DNA from: Paraconexibacter antarcticus
GTDB taxonomy: Bacteria > Actinomycetota > Thermoleophilia > Solirubrobacterales > Solirubrobacteraceae
DNA: 24,000 nt
Reading direction: 5' to 3'
Assembly (NCBI RefSeq): GCF_024220175.1
Contig: NZ_CP098502.1
Location: forward strand, 3,142,514 to 3,166,513
In this document: positions 16,376 to 24,000 of the stretch, one piece after another
Layout of the letters: each line of letters begins with the position of its first letter
Position numbering within the stretch: the stretch's first letter is position 1
Program-made: the position numbers and the translations under genes
The notes under the pieces: generated by a model
What the model saw: the letters and a program-made list of their open reading frames with translations, nothing else
What the model was told of the DNA's origin: nothing
Database searches by the model: none

Positions 16376-17385
16376 GCGACTCCCGCGAGGCCGTCCTCGC
16401 GGAGATCCGGAGGCAGGACCGCTTCATCCTCGTCACCCACGAGCACCCCGACGGCGACGCCCTCGGCTCGCTCGTCGCGATGCACGAGATCCTCCTCGCG
16501 CTCGGGAAGGACTCGGTGATGTTCGTGGCCGCCGACGAGTTCCCCCTGCCCTACGAGTACCGCTTCTTCGTCTTCGACGGGCTCGTCTCGCAGGCGCCGC
16601 CGGACCTCGCCGAGCGCACGGTCATCTTCCTCGACTGCGGCAACATCGACCGCAACCCGCTCGACGAGGTCAAGGGCGAGGACGCGCGGATCGTCAACAT
16701 CGACCATCACCACGACAACACGCGCTTCGGGACGATCGACCACGTCGTCGTCGACGCCTCGTGCACCGCGGAGATCGTCTGGGACCTCATGCGCGAGCTC
16801 GGCGTCAGCCCGACGCCGACGATCGCGGACGCCCTGTACGTCGGGCTCGTCACCGACACCGGCAAGTTCATGTACGAGAACACCGGCGAGCGCGCGCACG
16901 CGATGGCGGGCGAGCTCATCGCCGCCGGGGTGGACGTCAACGCGGTCTACCGGCGTCTGTACGAGGAGATGCCGTACTCGAAGCTCGAGCTCCTCGCGCT
17001 CGGCCTCGCGAACCTCTCGCGGCACGACGACGGGCGCCTGACGTTCACGATCCTCCACCGCGAGGACTTCCTCGCCGCCGAGGCGGAGGAGAGCTACGCC
17101 GAGGGCCTCATCGACCATCTGCGCTCCGTGCGCGGGACGAAGGTCGCGGCGGTCGCGCGCGAGCTCCTCGCCGGCGCGGACGACCCGTCCGGGGCGACCC
17201 GTCGCAAGAAGGTCTCGCTGCGGGCCACCGACGGCGAGGTCGACGTCTCCGTCATCGCCCGTGCGGGCGGCGGCGGTGGCCACCGGCAGGCGGCGGGCTT
17301 CACGACCGAGCTGGGCGACGACGAGCTCATCGCCTTCCTGCGGGAGCAGGTGGCCCTGCAGCTCGGGCCGCTCGCCCCGGTCTGA
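16372..17385 (+). CDS. nrnA: DHH/DHHA1 phosphoesterase, NrnA-like bifunctional oligoribonuclease / PAP phosphatase
   Basis: VTHEHPDGDALGSLVAM, FLDCGNIDR, NIDHHHDNTRFG, DALYVGLVTDTGKF, C-terminal GGGGGHRQAAGF (DHHA1). Confidence 0.9.
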   Translation: MSDSREAVLAEIRRQDRFILVTHEHPDGDALGSLVAMHEILLALGKDSVMFVAADEFPLPYEYRFFVFDGLVSQAPPDLAERTVIFLDCGNIDRNPLDEVKGEDARIVNIDHHHDNTRFGTIDHVVVDASCTAEIVWDLMRELGVSPTPTIADALYVGLVTDTGKFMYENTGERAHAMAGELIAAGVDVNAVYRRLYEEMPYSKLELLALGLANLSRHDDGRLTFTILHREDFLAAEAEESYAEGLIDHLRSVRGTKVAAVARELLAGADDPSGATRRKKVSLRATDGEVDVSVIARAGGGGGHRQAAGFTTELGDDELIAFLREQVALQLGPLAPV

Positions 17386-17403
17386 GCCGTCCCGGAGCGC
17401 GCC

Positions 17404-18270
17404 GTGGACCGGGTGCTGCTGATCGACAAGCCCGCCGGGCGGACCTCGCACGACCTCGTCGCCGAGGTGCGGCGCGGCGTCGGCGGACCGCGGAAGGGCC
17501 CCGGGGTCGTCCGGGTCGGCCACGCCGGCACGCTCGACCCCTTCGCAACCGGCCTGCTCCTCGTCCTCATCGGGCGGGCGACGAAGGCGCAGTCGCTCTT
17601 CATGGGGCTGCGCAAGACGTACGAGGTCACCGCACGGTTCGGGGCGGTGTCGTCGACCGGCGACACGGAGGGCGAGATCACCGAGACGGGTGTCCTCCCG
17701 TCCCGTCCGCTCGTCCTGCCGACCGGCCTCGTGCGCCAGCGCCCACCGGCCTACAGCGCGATCAAGATCGACGGCGAGCGCGCCTACGCCCGCGCCCGGC
17801 GCGGGGAGGAGGTCGAGATGCCCGAGCGCGAGGTGACCGTGTACCGCTTCGAGCCGCTCCCGCCGGCGGGCGGTAGCGGTCGGCCGGACGACGAGCCGGG
17901 GGCCGACGAGCGCTTCCTCATCGAGTGCTCCTCGGGGACGTACGTGCGGTCGCTCGTCGCCGACCTCGGCGACGCGTACTGCACGTCGCTGCGGCGGACG
18001 GCCATCGGGCCGTTCGACGTGACCGGGAGCGCCGATCACGGGACGGTGGAGACCGGCATCCCGCTGGGCGAGGCCCTCGGGCGGGTCCTGCCCGTCGTGC
18101 CGCTCGAGGGCGCCGAGGCGGGCCGTGCGGCCCACGGCGTCGCCGTCGCGGACCCGCGTCCGGACCCCGCCGGCGCCCGCGTCCTCATCGTCGACGCGGA
18201 CGGACCCGTCGCGGTCGCCGAGCCCCGGCCGGGCGGCCTCCTCAAGCCCGTCGTCGGCTTCCGGAGCTGA
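17404..18270 (+). CDS. truB: tRNA pseudouridine(55) synthase
   Basis: VLLIDKPAGRTSHDLVAEVRR, VGHAGTLDPFATGLLLVLIGRATK, GDTEGEITETG, RQRPPAYSAIKIDGERAYARAR, CSSGTYVRSLVADLG. Confidence 0.95.
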   Translation: MDRVLLIDKPAGRTSHDLVAEVRRGVGGPRKGPGVVRVGHAGTLDPFATGLLLVLIGRATKAQSLFMGLRKTYEVTARFGAVSSTGDTEGEITETGVLPSRPLVLPTGLVRQRPPAYSAIKIDGERAYARARRGEEVEMPEREVTVYRFEPLPPAGGSGRPDDEPGADERFLIECSSGTYVRSLVADLGDAYCTSLRRTAIGPFDVTGSADHGTVETGIPLGEALGRVLPVVPLEGAEAGRAAHGVAVADPRPDPAGARVLIVDADGPVAVAEPRPGGLLKPVVGFRS

Positions 18271-18338
18271 CGCTCGTCCGCCGGGCGGGCGGCGGGGCAC
18301 GATCGAAGCCTCGTACCATCAGGACCCACCACCCCTCT

Positions 18339-19241
18339 ATGACCGCCACGATCGTCCCGCTCCCGCAGATCAGCCCCCGGCCGCGCCGCGTCGCCGTCGG
18401 CTCCTTCGACGGCGTCCACCTCGGTCACCGCGCGGTGATCGAGGGCGCCGATGCCGTCCTGACCTTCGACCCGCACCCGATGAGCGTCATCTCGCCGTCG
18501 GCCGCGCCACGCCTGCTCACCACCCTCGCCCGCAAGGCGGAGCTCGTGGGGAATCTCGGGGTCGAGGAGCTCGTCGTCATCCCGTTCGACGACGCGTTCG
18601 CCCACGAGGGCGCACAGCAGTTCATCGACGAGGTGCTCGTCGGCGCGCTCGGCGCGACCCACGTCAGCGTCGGGGAGAACTTCCGCTTCGGTCACAAGGC
18701 GGTGGGGGACACCGACCTGCTGCACGCCGACAGCCGCTTCGAGACCCGTGTCGTGCCGCTGCTCGAGCTCGACGGGGAGATCATCAGCTCGAGCCACATC
18801 CGCGGCCTCATCGCCGGCGGGGCCATCGAGTACGCGGGCCAGCTGCTCGGCAACCCGTTCGTCGTCGACGGCATCGTGAGCCACGGCGAGAAGCGGGGCC
18901 GGACGCTCGGGTTCCCGACCGCGAACCTCGTCCCGGAGGACTCCTACGCGGTCCCCGCGCACGGCGTCTACGCCTGCCGCGCCCGCACCGCCGACGGCGT
19001 CTGGCACCCCGCCGCGACGTCGATCGGGGTCCGCCCGCAGTTCGTCACCGGGCTCGGGGAGCTCATCGAGGCGTTCCTCATCGACTTCACCGGGGACCTC
19101 TACGACGAGCCCCTCCGGATCGAGTTCCTCAAGCGCCTGCGGGGCGAGAAGCGTTTCGAGAGCGTCGACGCGCTGCTCGAGCAGATGGCACGAGACGTCG
19201 ATGAGGCACGTGCCTTTGCTAGCCTTCCACGTCGCCCATGA
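18339..19241 (+). CDS. ribF: Bifunctional riboflavin kinase / FAD synthetase
   Basis: [61 protein letters not shown]; between truB and rpsO. In the track it is the tail of ORF 17925..19241. Confidence 0.93.
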   Translation: MTATIVPLPQISPRPRRVAVGSFDGVHLGHRAVIEGADAVLTFDPHPMSVISPSAAPRLLTTLARKAELVGNLGVEELVVIPFDDAFAHEGAQQFIDEVLVGALGATHVSVGENFRFGHKAVGDTDLLHADSRFETRVVPLLELDGEIISSSHIRGLIAGGAIEYAGQLLGNPFVVDGIVSHGEKRGRTLGFPTANLVPEDSYAVPAHGVYACRARTADGVWHPAATSIGVRPQFVTGLGELIEAFLIDFTGDLYDEPLRIEFLKRLRGEKRFESVDALLEQMARDVDEARAFASLPRRP

Positions 19242-19510
19242 GCACCCTTTCCGCAGAGCGCAAGCAAGAAATCGTCACGAAGTTCGGGGAGACCCCGCAG
19301 GACACCGGGAACACCCGCGTCCAGGTCGCGCTGCTCACCGCGCGCATCAACGACCTCACCGAGCACCTGCGCTCCAACAAGAAGGACCACCACTCGCGTC
19401 GTGGCCTCCTGATGCTCGTCGGCCAGCGCCGTCGCCTGCTGCGCTACTACGAGAAGTCGAACCTCGAGGGCTACCGCGCCCTCATCAAGGAGCTCGGCCT
19501 CCGCCGCTAG
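19238..19510 (+). CDS. rpsO: 30S ribosomal protein S15
   Basis: 90 aa; [67 protein letters not shown] overlap with ribF. Confidence 0.98.
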   Translation: MSTLSAERKQEIVTKFGETPQDTGNTRVQVALLTARINDLTEHLRSNKKDHHSRRGLLMLVGQRRRLLRYYEKSNLEGYRALIKELGLRR

Positions 19511-19597
19511 CCGTCGGCGCGCGGCGCCCGGCCCCGGACCCCAGGTCCGAGCGAGCCCGGCGCCCCGCCACCCGCTGCGGGCACTAGCCTGCCGCGC

Positions 19598-20050
19598 ATG
19601 TCAATCATCGCCGCGGGGGAGACCGTCCCCGACTTCGTCCTGAAGACCGCCGACGGGGAGGACTTCACCCCCGCCGACCTCGAGGGGCAGACGACCGTCC
19701 TCGTCTTCTACCCCTTCGCGTTCAGCCCGGTCTGCACCGACCAGCTGCAGATCTACGACGAGGTGATCGACGAGTTCACCGCGAAGGGCGCCAAGGTCTA
19801 CGGCGTCAGCACCGACGCGACCTGGTCGCAGGGCGCGTTCAAGGACAAGCTCGGCGTCTCGATCGAGCAGCTCTCCGACTTCGAGCCCAAGGGCGCGGCC
19901 TCGAAGGCGCTCGGCGCGTACTTCGAGCCGGCCGGCATGACGAACCGGGCGCTGCTCATCATCGGGCCGGACAAGGTCGTCAAGTGGTCCTACGTCGCCG
20001 ACTCCCCGGGTGACCTTCCGGGCGTGGGCCTGCTGTTCGACAACCTCTGA
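19598..20050 (+). CDS. Peroxiredoxin (AhpC/TSA family, AhpE/BCP-like)
   Basis: 150 aa; ETVPDFVLKTADGEDFTPADLEGQTTVLVFYPFAFSPVCTDQL (peroxidatic Cys in PxxxxxC context), ...TNRALLIIGPDKVVKW. Confidence 0.9.
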   Translation: MSIIAAGETVPDFVLKTADGEDFTPADLEGQTTVLVFYPFAFSPVCTDQLQIYDEVIDEFTAKGAKVYGVSTDATWSQGAFKDKLGVSIEQLSDFEPKGAASKALGAYFEPAGMTNRALLIIGPDKVVKWSYVADSPGDLPGVGLLFDNL

Positions 20051-20056
20051 ATGTCG

Positions 20057-20066
20057 TGAAGGAGGG
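20057..20066. repeat. Left end-proximal inverted repeat TGAAGGAGGG
   Basis: Exact reverse complement of 21313-21322. Confidence 0.65.
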
Positions 20067-20071
20067 CCTCC

Positions 20072-20097
20072 CGGTGGCACGCTCCAGCGTGTCACCG
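20072..20097. repeat. Hairpin in the IS left end
   Basis: CGGTGGCACGC-TCCA-GCGTGTCACCG: 11-bp stem including one G-T/G-U pair, 4-nt loop. Confidence 0.7.
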
Positions 20098-20126
20098 AAA
20101 GAGCAACCACGAGGAGGCCCGCTCAC

Positions 20127-21173
20127 ATGTTGCATGCTGGATTGGATCTCAGCCGCAAGCGGCTGGACTATTGCCTGCTCGCCCCGGATGGCGAGCAGAT
20201 CGAGGCCGGCGCGACGCCGCCGGACGCTGACGGGCTGCGCGGGTTCGCGCGCGGCGTAGAGACCCGGCATGGGCCGGTCCTAGTGCGGGCGGCGATCGAG
20301 TCGATGAACGGCGCCCGGTTTGTCCATGACGAGCTTGAGCGGCTCGGATGGGAGGTCGAGGTCGCCGACGCGCAGAAAGTCAAAGGCCTCGGCCCGTTGG
20401 CGTGCAAGACCGACCGGATCGACGCGTGGGTGCTCGCCGAGCTCTCACGGCGTGACCTGGTCCCCGCGGTGTGGCTTCCGGGCTTCGAGCAGCGCCAGGA
20501 ACGCGAACGCGCGCGCTGGCGCCTGTTCTTGGTGCGCAAACGCAGCTCGCTGAAGCACCGCATCCACGCGCAGCTGCTCGCGTTCGGCCATACCTGCCCG
20601 GTGTCGGACCTGTTCGGCGCCCGCGGCCGCAAGCTCCTTGCGCGGCTCGAGTTCCCCGAGCCGTGGCACTCAGGGGTCCTCGCCGCGGTGCAGATGATCG
20701 ACGAGCTCGACGCCGAGATCGCCGCGATCGACAAAGAGCTCAAAGCGCTCGGGGCCGATCACCGGTACATCCCGCTGCTGATGAGCGCCCCGGGGATCGC
20801 GTGGATCCTCGGGTACACGATCGCCGCGGAGATCGGCGACATCACCCGCTTCTCGAGCCCGAAGAAGCTCGTCGGCTACACCGGCCTGTGCCCACGCGTC
20901 TACCAGTCCGGCAACACCGACCGCCGCGGCCCCTTGACCCACGCCGGCCCGAAGTACCTGCGCTGGGCCTTGATGGAAGCCGCCGTTCACGCCTGCCGCC
21001 ATCAGGTCTACGCCGCCCGCTACCAGGCCAACAAGAAGCGCCTGGGCAAACAGCGCGGCGCCAAGGTCGCCCAGGTCGACATCGCCCGCCGGCTCGCCGA
21101 GGCGATCTGGCACATGCTCACCCGCAACACCACCTTCGCTCCGGCAGGCGCCACGCGCGCTCTGGCCGCATAG
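20127..21173 (+). CDS. IS110-family transposase (RuvC-like DEDD plus Transposase_20 domain)
   Basis: 348 aa. N-terminal HAGLDLSRKRLDYCLL, IESMNGARFVHDELERLG, ACKTDRIDAWVLAEL; C-terminal LLMSAPGIAWILGYTIAAEIGDITRFSSPKKLVGYTGLCPRVYQSGNTDRRGPLTHAGPKYLRWALMEAA with the conserved Ser region. Good RBS (gaggaggc) before ATG 20127. Confidence 0.95.
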   Translation: MLHAGLDLSRKRLDYCLLAPDGEQIEAGATPPDADGLRGFARGVETRHGPVLVRAAIESMNGARFVHDELERLGWEVEVADAQKVKGLGPLACKTDRIDAWVLAELSRRDLVPAVWLPGFEQRQERERARWRLFLVRKRSSLKHRIHAQLLAFGHTCPVSDLFGARGRKLLARLEFPEPWHSGVLAAVQMIDELDAEIAAIDKELKALGADHRYIPLLMSAPGIAWILGYTIAAEIGDITRFSSPKKLVGYTGLCPRVYQSGNTDRRGPLTHAGPKYLRWALMEAAVHACRHQVYAARYQANKKRLGKQRGAKVAQVDIARRLAEAIWHMLTRNTTFAPAGATRALAA

Positions 21174-21322
21174 ACGGCCCTCTCTGAGATGCGCCACCGG
21201 AGCGATGCCCCTACAGCACCTGGTCCTCACACGATGAGGCGATAGAGAGTTGAGCCCCTGCTCCACGACCGACCCAGAGGACAACGACCCAGAACCCACA
21301 CTTGACACCTCACCCTCCTTCA
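21174..21322 (+). ncRNA. Candidate bridge-RNA-encoding 3' non-coding region of the IS element
   Basis: About 149 nt non-coding between the transposase stop and the right inverted repeat. Contains hairpin CCTCA-CACGA-TGAGG (21225-21239) and a closing pair CTCTCT (21180-21185) / AGAGAG (21244-21249). No consensus check was possible. Confidence 0.35.
21313..21322. repeat. Right end-proximal inverted repeat CCCTCCTTCA
   Basis: Exact reverse complement of 20057-20066. Confidence 0.65.
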
Positions 21323-21332
21323 TAGAGAGCGG

Positions 21333-21379
21333 CCGCGCGGCGGCCGGCGGCTCAGACCGCCGCCGGCCGCCCCGCGCGG
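21333..21379. terminator. Very GC-rich stem-loop between convergent genes; possible bidirectional terminator without T-tract
   Basis: 13-bp perfect inner stem (21339-21351 with 21359-21371, loop TCAGACC), then a 2-nt bulge and 6 more bp (21333-21338 with 21374-21379). Confidence 0.45.
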
Positions 21380-21410
21380 AACTCGGCTCGGAGTCCGCGC
21401 GCAGCGCCCC

Positions 21411-21911
21411 TCAGACCGCCGCAGCCTCGCGTGCGCGGAACTCCGCGAGCAGCCGCGGGATCTCCGCCGCGCGGTAGTCGAAGATCGCCTCGACGTCGCG
21501 GCGGACCATGAGCCGGTTCGCGAGCTCGCCGAGCGGCCCGAAGGCGATGCCGTAGCGGACCGTGTCGGTCATGATCGTGCCGGGTCGGGTGGGGTCCGAG
21601 TCATCCGGCTCGAAGGTGTGGGTGTGGTGCCAGAGGGCGTACGGGCCCTTGATCTGCGTGTCGACGAAGGCGTGCGGCGGATCCCAGCGCTGGATGCTCG
21701 TGAGCCACGAGATGGGGACGCCGCGGAGCTTCAGCGCGTACTGGATGAGTGCGCCCGCGTAGAGGTCGATCGGGCGCGGCGTCACCACCCGGAAGCGCAG
21801 CAGCGGAGGGGTCAGCGCCTCGAGGTTGAAGGCGTCGGCGAAGAACGGGAAGACCTCGTCGGGGGTCCCGTCCAGGCGCTGCTCGCGGTGCAGGGTGTGG
21901 ATGCGCATCAC
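21411..21911 (-). CDS. SRPBCC-superfamily (ligand-binding / polyketide cyclase-like) protein
   Basis: 166 aa; HTLHREQRLDGTPDEVFPFFADAFNLEALTPPLLRFRVVTPRP...MTDTVRYGIAFGPLGELANRLMVRRDVEAIFDYR, typical of SRPBCC proteins. Confidence 0.83.
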   Translation of the reverse strand: MMRIHTLHREQRLDGTPDEVFPFFADAFNLEALTPPLLRFRVVTPRPIDLYAGALIQYALKLRGVPISWLTSIQRWDPPHAFVDTQIKGPYALWHHTHTFEPDDSDPTRPGTIMTDTVRYGIAFGPLGELANRLMVRRDVEAIFDYRAAEIPRLLAEFRAREAAAV

Positions 21912-21940
21912 CGGTGGTACGGGCGTCTAGGCTGCCTTAG

Positions 21941-22489
21941 ATGACCGACCTGCGCAGCGCCCCGGTCCCCCCGGTCGGTCCCGGCGACCACGTCCGGGGC
22001 CCAGACGGCGCGCCCGCGGTCGTCATGTACGCCGATTTCACCTGCCCCCGCTGCGCCCTCGCCTGGGAGCGGCTCGACGGCGCGGCGGTCCGGCTCGTCT
22101 TCCGCCACCTCGCGCTGAAGGCGAAGCACCCGCGCGCCGTCGCGCTCGCCTGCGCCGCGGAGGCCGCCGCGGCCCAGGGCGCCTTCTGGGCGTTCGCCGC
22201 CTCCGTCTACGCCGACCCCGGCCGCGTCGACGACCCGCACCTCTGGGCCCGCTGCGAGACGCTCGGCCTCGACGTCGAGCGCTTCCAGGCCGACCGGCGC
22301 GCGCCGGCCGCGACCTCCCGGGTGGCCGCCGACGTGCGGGCCGCTCTGCGTGCGGGCGCGACCGTCACGCCCACCTTCTTCGCCGCGACCGGCCCGCCGG
22401 GCGCCGCCGCGGAGGCCCATCCCGGGCCGCCCGACGCGCAGACCGTCGCCCGCTGGGCCGCCGGGCCGGGAATACCCGCAAACGGTTAG
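21941..22489 (+). CDS. DsbA-like thioredoxin-fold protein
   Basis: 182 aa; PAVVMYADFTCPRCALAWERL (CxxC), LVFRHLALKAKHPRAVALACAAEAAAAQGAFWAF, late GATVTPTFF (cis-Pro region). Confidence 0.8.
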   Translation: MTDLRSAPVPPVGPGDHVRGPDGAPAVVMYADFTCPRCALAWERLDGAAVRLVFRHLALKAKHPRAVALACAAEAAAAQGAFWAFAASVYADPGRVDDPHLWARCETLGLDVERFQADRRAPAATSRVAADVRAALRAGATVTPTFFAATGPPGAAAEAHPGPPDAQTVARWAAGPGIPANG

Positions 22490-22525
22490 ACTCGAGGGCA
22501 CTTCCGATACGAGAAGCATCACCAC

Positions 22526-22544
22526 GCTCACCAATCGGGTGAGC
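22526..22544 (+). promoter_or_regulatory. Hairpin in the pnp 5' leader
   Basis: GCTCACC-AATCG-GGTGAGC, perfect 7-bp stem with 5-nt loop, ending just before the RBS gaaggg (22547-22552). Confidence 0.55.
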
Positions 22545-22560
22545 ATGAAGGGAAAAACAT

Positions 22561-24000
22561 ATGAGTAATGACGCCGTGACCACGGTCACCGTCGAGATCG
22601 CCGGCTCGGAGATCACCTTCGAGACGGGGCGCATGGCCCGTCAGGCCTCCGGCGCCGTCGTCGTCACCCAGGGTGAGACGATGATCCTGTCGACCGCGAC
22701 GGTCGGCCGCCTCAAGGACGCGGACTTCCTCCCGCTCACCGTCGACGTCGAGGAGCGGATGTACGCCGCGGGCAAGATCCCCGGCTCGTTCTTCAAGCGC
22801 GAGGGTCGCTCCGGCGAGAAGGGCACCCTCACCGCCCGCATGATCGACCGCCCGCTCCGTCCGCTCTTCCCGAAGACGTGGCGCTACGACACGCACCTCG
22901 TCACCGTGACGATGAGCGTCGACCACGAGCACCCCTACGACATCCTCGCGATGAACGGCGCCTCCGCGGCGCTCATGATCTCGCCGGTGCCGCTGCCGAA
23001 CCCCGTCGGCGCGGTCCGCATCGGCAAGGTCGACGGCAACTTCGTCGTCAACCCGAACGAGCAGGACCTCCTCGACAACTGCGACATGGACCTCATCGTC
23101 GCGGGCACCGAGGAGGCCATCCTCATGGTCGAGTGCGGGGCGAACATCGTCTCCGAGGCCGAGATCCTCGACGCGCTCGACATCGCGCACGACGCGATCA
23201 AGAAGCTGTGCGCCGCGCAGCACGAGCTCGCCGCGAAGTGCGGCAAGCCGAAGATGGAGGTCTCGACGGCCGGCTCGGTCGACCAGGACCTCGTCGCGCA
23301 GATCCAGGCGTCCCACGGCGCCGCGCTCGAGGAGGCGACGTCGAACACCGACAAGCTCGAGCTCTACGCCGCGATCGACGCGGTCAAGGACGCGGTCGTC
23401 GCCCAGTACGCCGGCGATCCCGAGTCCGAGACCTACGGCGAGGCGGCCACCGCGGCCGGCAAGGCGTTCGACGCGGTCGAGAAGTCGACCATCCGTCAGC
23501 GGATCGCCGTCAAGAAGCAGCGTCCCGACGGCCGTGCGGAGACGCAGATCCGGCCGATCAGCATCGAGGTCGGCGTCGCCCCGCGCACGCACGGCTCCGC
23601 GCTCTTCACCCGTGGTGAGACCCAGGCCTTCTCCGTCGCCGCCCTCGGCACGCTGAAGGAGGAGATGCGTCTGGACACCCTCGGGCTCGAGACGAAGAAG
23701 TACTACTGGCACCACTACAACTTCCCGCCCTTCTCGGTGGGCGAGGCCGGCTTCATGCGCGGCCCGAAGCGGCGCGACATCGGTCACGGTGCGCTCGCCG
23801 AGCGGGCCCTCGTCCCGGTCATCCCGTCGATCGAGGACTTCCCGTACACGGTGCGCGTCGTCTCCGACATCTTCGAGTCCAACGGCTCGTCGTCGATGGC
23901 GTCGGTCTGCGGCTCCTCGCTGTCCCTGATGCAGGCGGGCGTCCCGATCGCCGCGCCGGTCGCGGGCATCGCGATGGGCCTCATCAAGGAGGGCGACGAC
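22561..24000 (+). CDS. pnp: Polyribonucleotide nucleotidyltransferase, 5' part (continues past window)
   Basis: Frame open from ATG 22561 to the window end: [101 protein letters not shown]. Not in the supplied ORF track because no stop falls inside the window. Confidence 0.97.
   Translation, partial: MSNDAVTTVTVEIAGSEITFETGRMARQASGAVVVTQGETMILSTATVGRLKDADFLPLTVDVEERMYAAGKIPGSFFKREGRSGEKGTLTARMIDRPLRPLFPKTWRYDTHLVTVTMSVDHEHPYDILAMNGASAALMISPVPLPNPVGAVRIGKVDGNFVVNPNEQDLLDNCDMDLIVAGTEEAILMVECGANIVSEAEILDALDIAHDAIKKLCAAQHELAAKCGKPKMEVSTAGSVDQDLVAQIQASHGAALEEATSNTDKLELYAAIDAVKDAVVAQYAGDPESETYGEAATAAGKAFDAVEKSTIRQRIAVKKQRPDGRAETQIRPISIEVGVAPRTHGSALFTRGETQAFSVAALGTLKEEMRLDTLGLETKKYYWHHYNFPPFSVGEAGFMRGPKRRDIGHGALAERALVPVIPSIEDFPYTVRVVSDIFESNGSSSMASVCGSSLSLMQAGVPIAAPVAGIAMGLIKEGDD

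Larger units (their letters stand above)
20057..21322 (+). mobile_element. IS110-family insertion element, probably IS1111-like subgroup (approximate boundaries)
   Basis: Contains a complete DEDD-type transposase ORF. Inverted 10-mers TGAAGGAGGG (20057-20066) and CCCTCCTTCA (21313-21322) flank it. True ends may lie a few nt outside if these are subterminal repeats. Confidence 0.7.

Noticed and set aside
16180-18300. 706-aa minus-strand ORF opposite nrnA and truB
   Set aside because: Shadow ORF; the sense genes carry full signature motifs.
19511-19584. GGACC-CCA-GGTCC hairpin after rpsO as a terminator
   Set aside because: Only a 5-bp stem with a 3-nt loop and no T-tract; too weak to call in sequence this GC-rich.
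22878-23618. 246-aa + strand ORF inside pnp
   Set aside because: Out of frame with pnp, which is open from 22561 to the window end and matches PNPase motifs throughout.
1-24000. CRISPR arrays, toxin-antitoxin pairs, restriction-modification, retrons or other defence systems
   Set aside because: No regularly spaced repeats and no recognisable effector, nuclease or reverse transcriptase genes on either strand. The only mobile-element protein is the IS110-family transposase.

Overview
High-GC (roughly 70-75%) chromosomal segment of actinobacterial type. Most of it is housekeeping genes on the + strand. From 5' to 3': partial pyrK, pyrD, an actinobacterial integration host factor gene (mihF), a flavin monooxygenase of Baeyer-Villiger type, gmk, rpoZ, coaBC, a MoxR ATPase / DUF58 / transglutaminase trio, a TPR protein convergent with a minus-strand YbjN/CesT-like ORF, then the cluster rimP-nusA-ylxR-infB-rbfA-nrnA(DHH)-truB-ribF-rpsO. 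After that come a peroxiredoxin, a complete-looking IS110/IS1111-family transposase element, a divergent SRPBCC / DsbA-like gene pair, and the 5' part of pnp. I found no CRISPR array, tRNA, rRNA or clear defence system. The items most worth a second look are: (a) the IS element, with matching 10-nt end-proximal inverted repeats, an 11-bp hairpin in its short left end and about 140 nt of structured 3' non-coding DNA that could encode a bridge RNA; (b) a tandem hairpin / intrinsic-terminator arrangement in the rimP-nusA leader; (c) a hairpin leader in front of pnp; (d) a recurrent TAnnnT box 6-12 nt before start codons, suggesting leaderless promoters, two of the TAGACT type embedded in the 3' ends of upstream genes; and (e) a Cys/His motif plus a long acidic tail on NusA. 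All family calls come from reading motifs; no searches were run.
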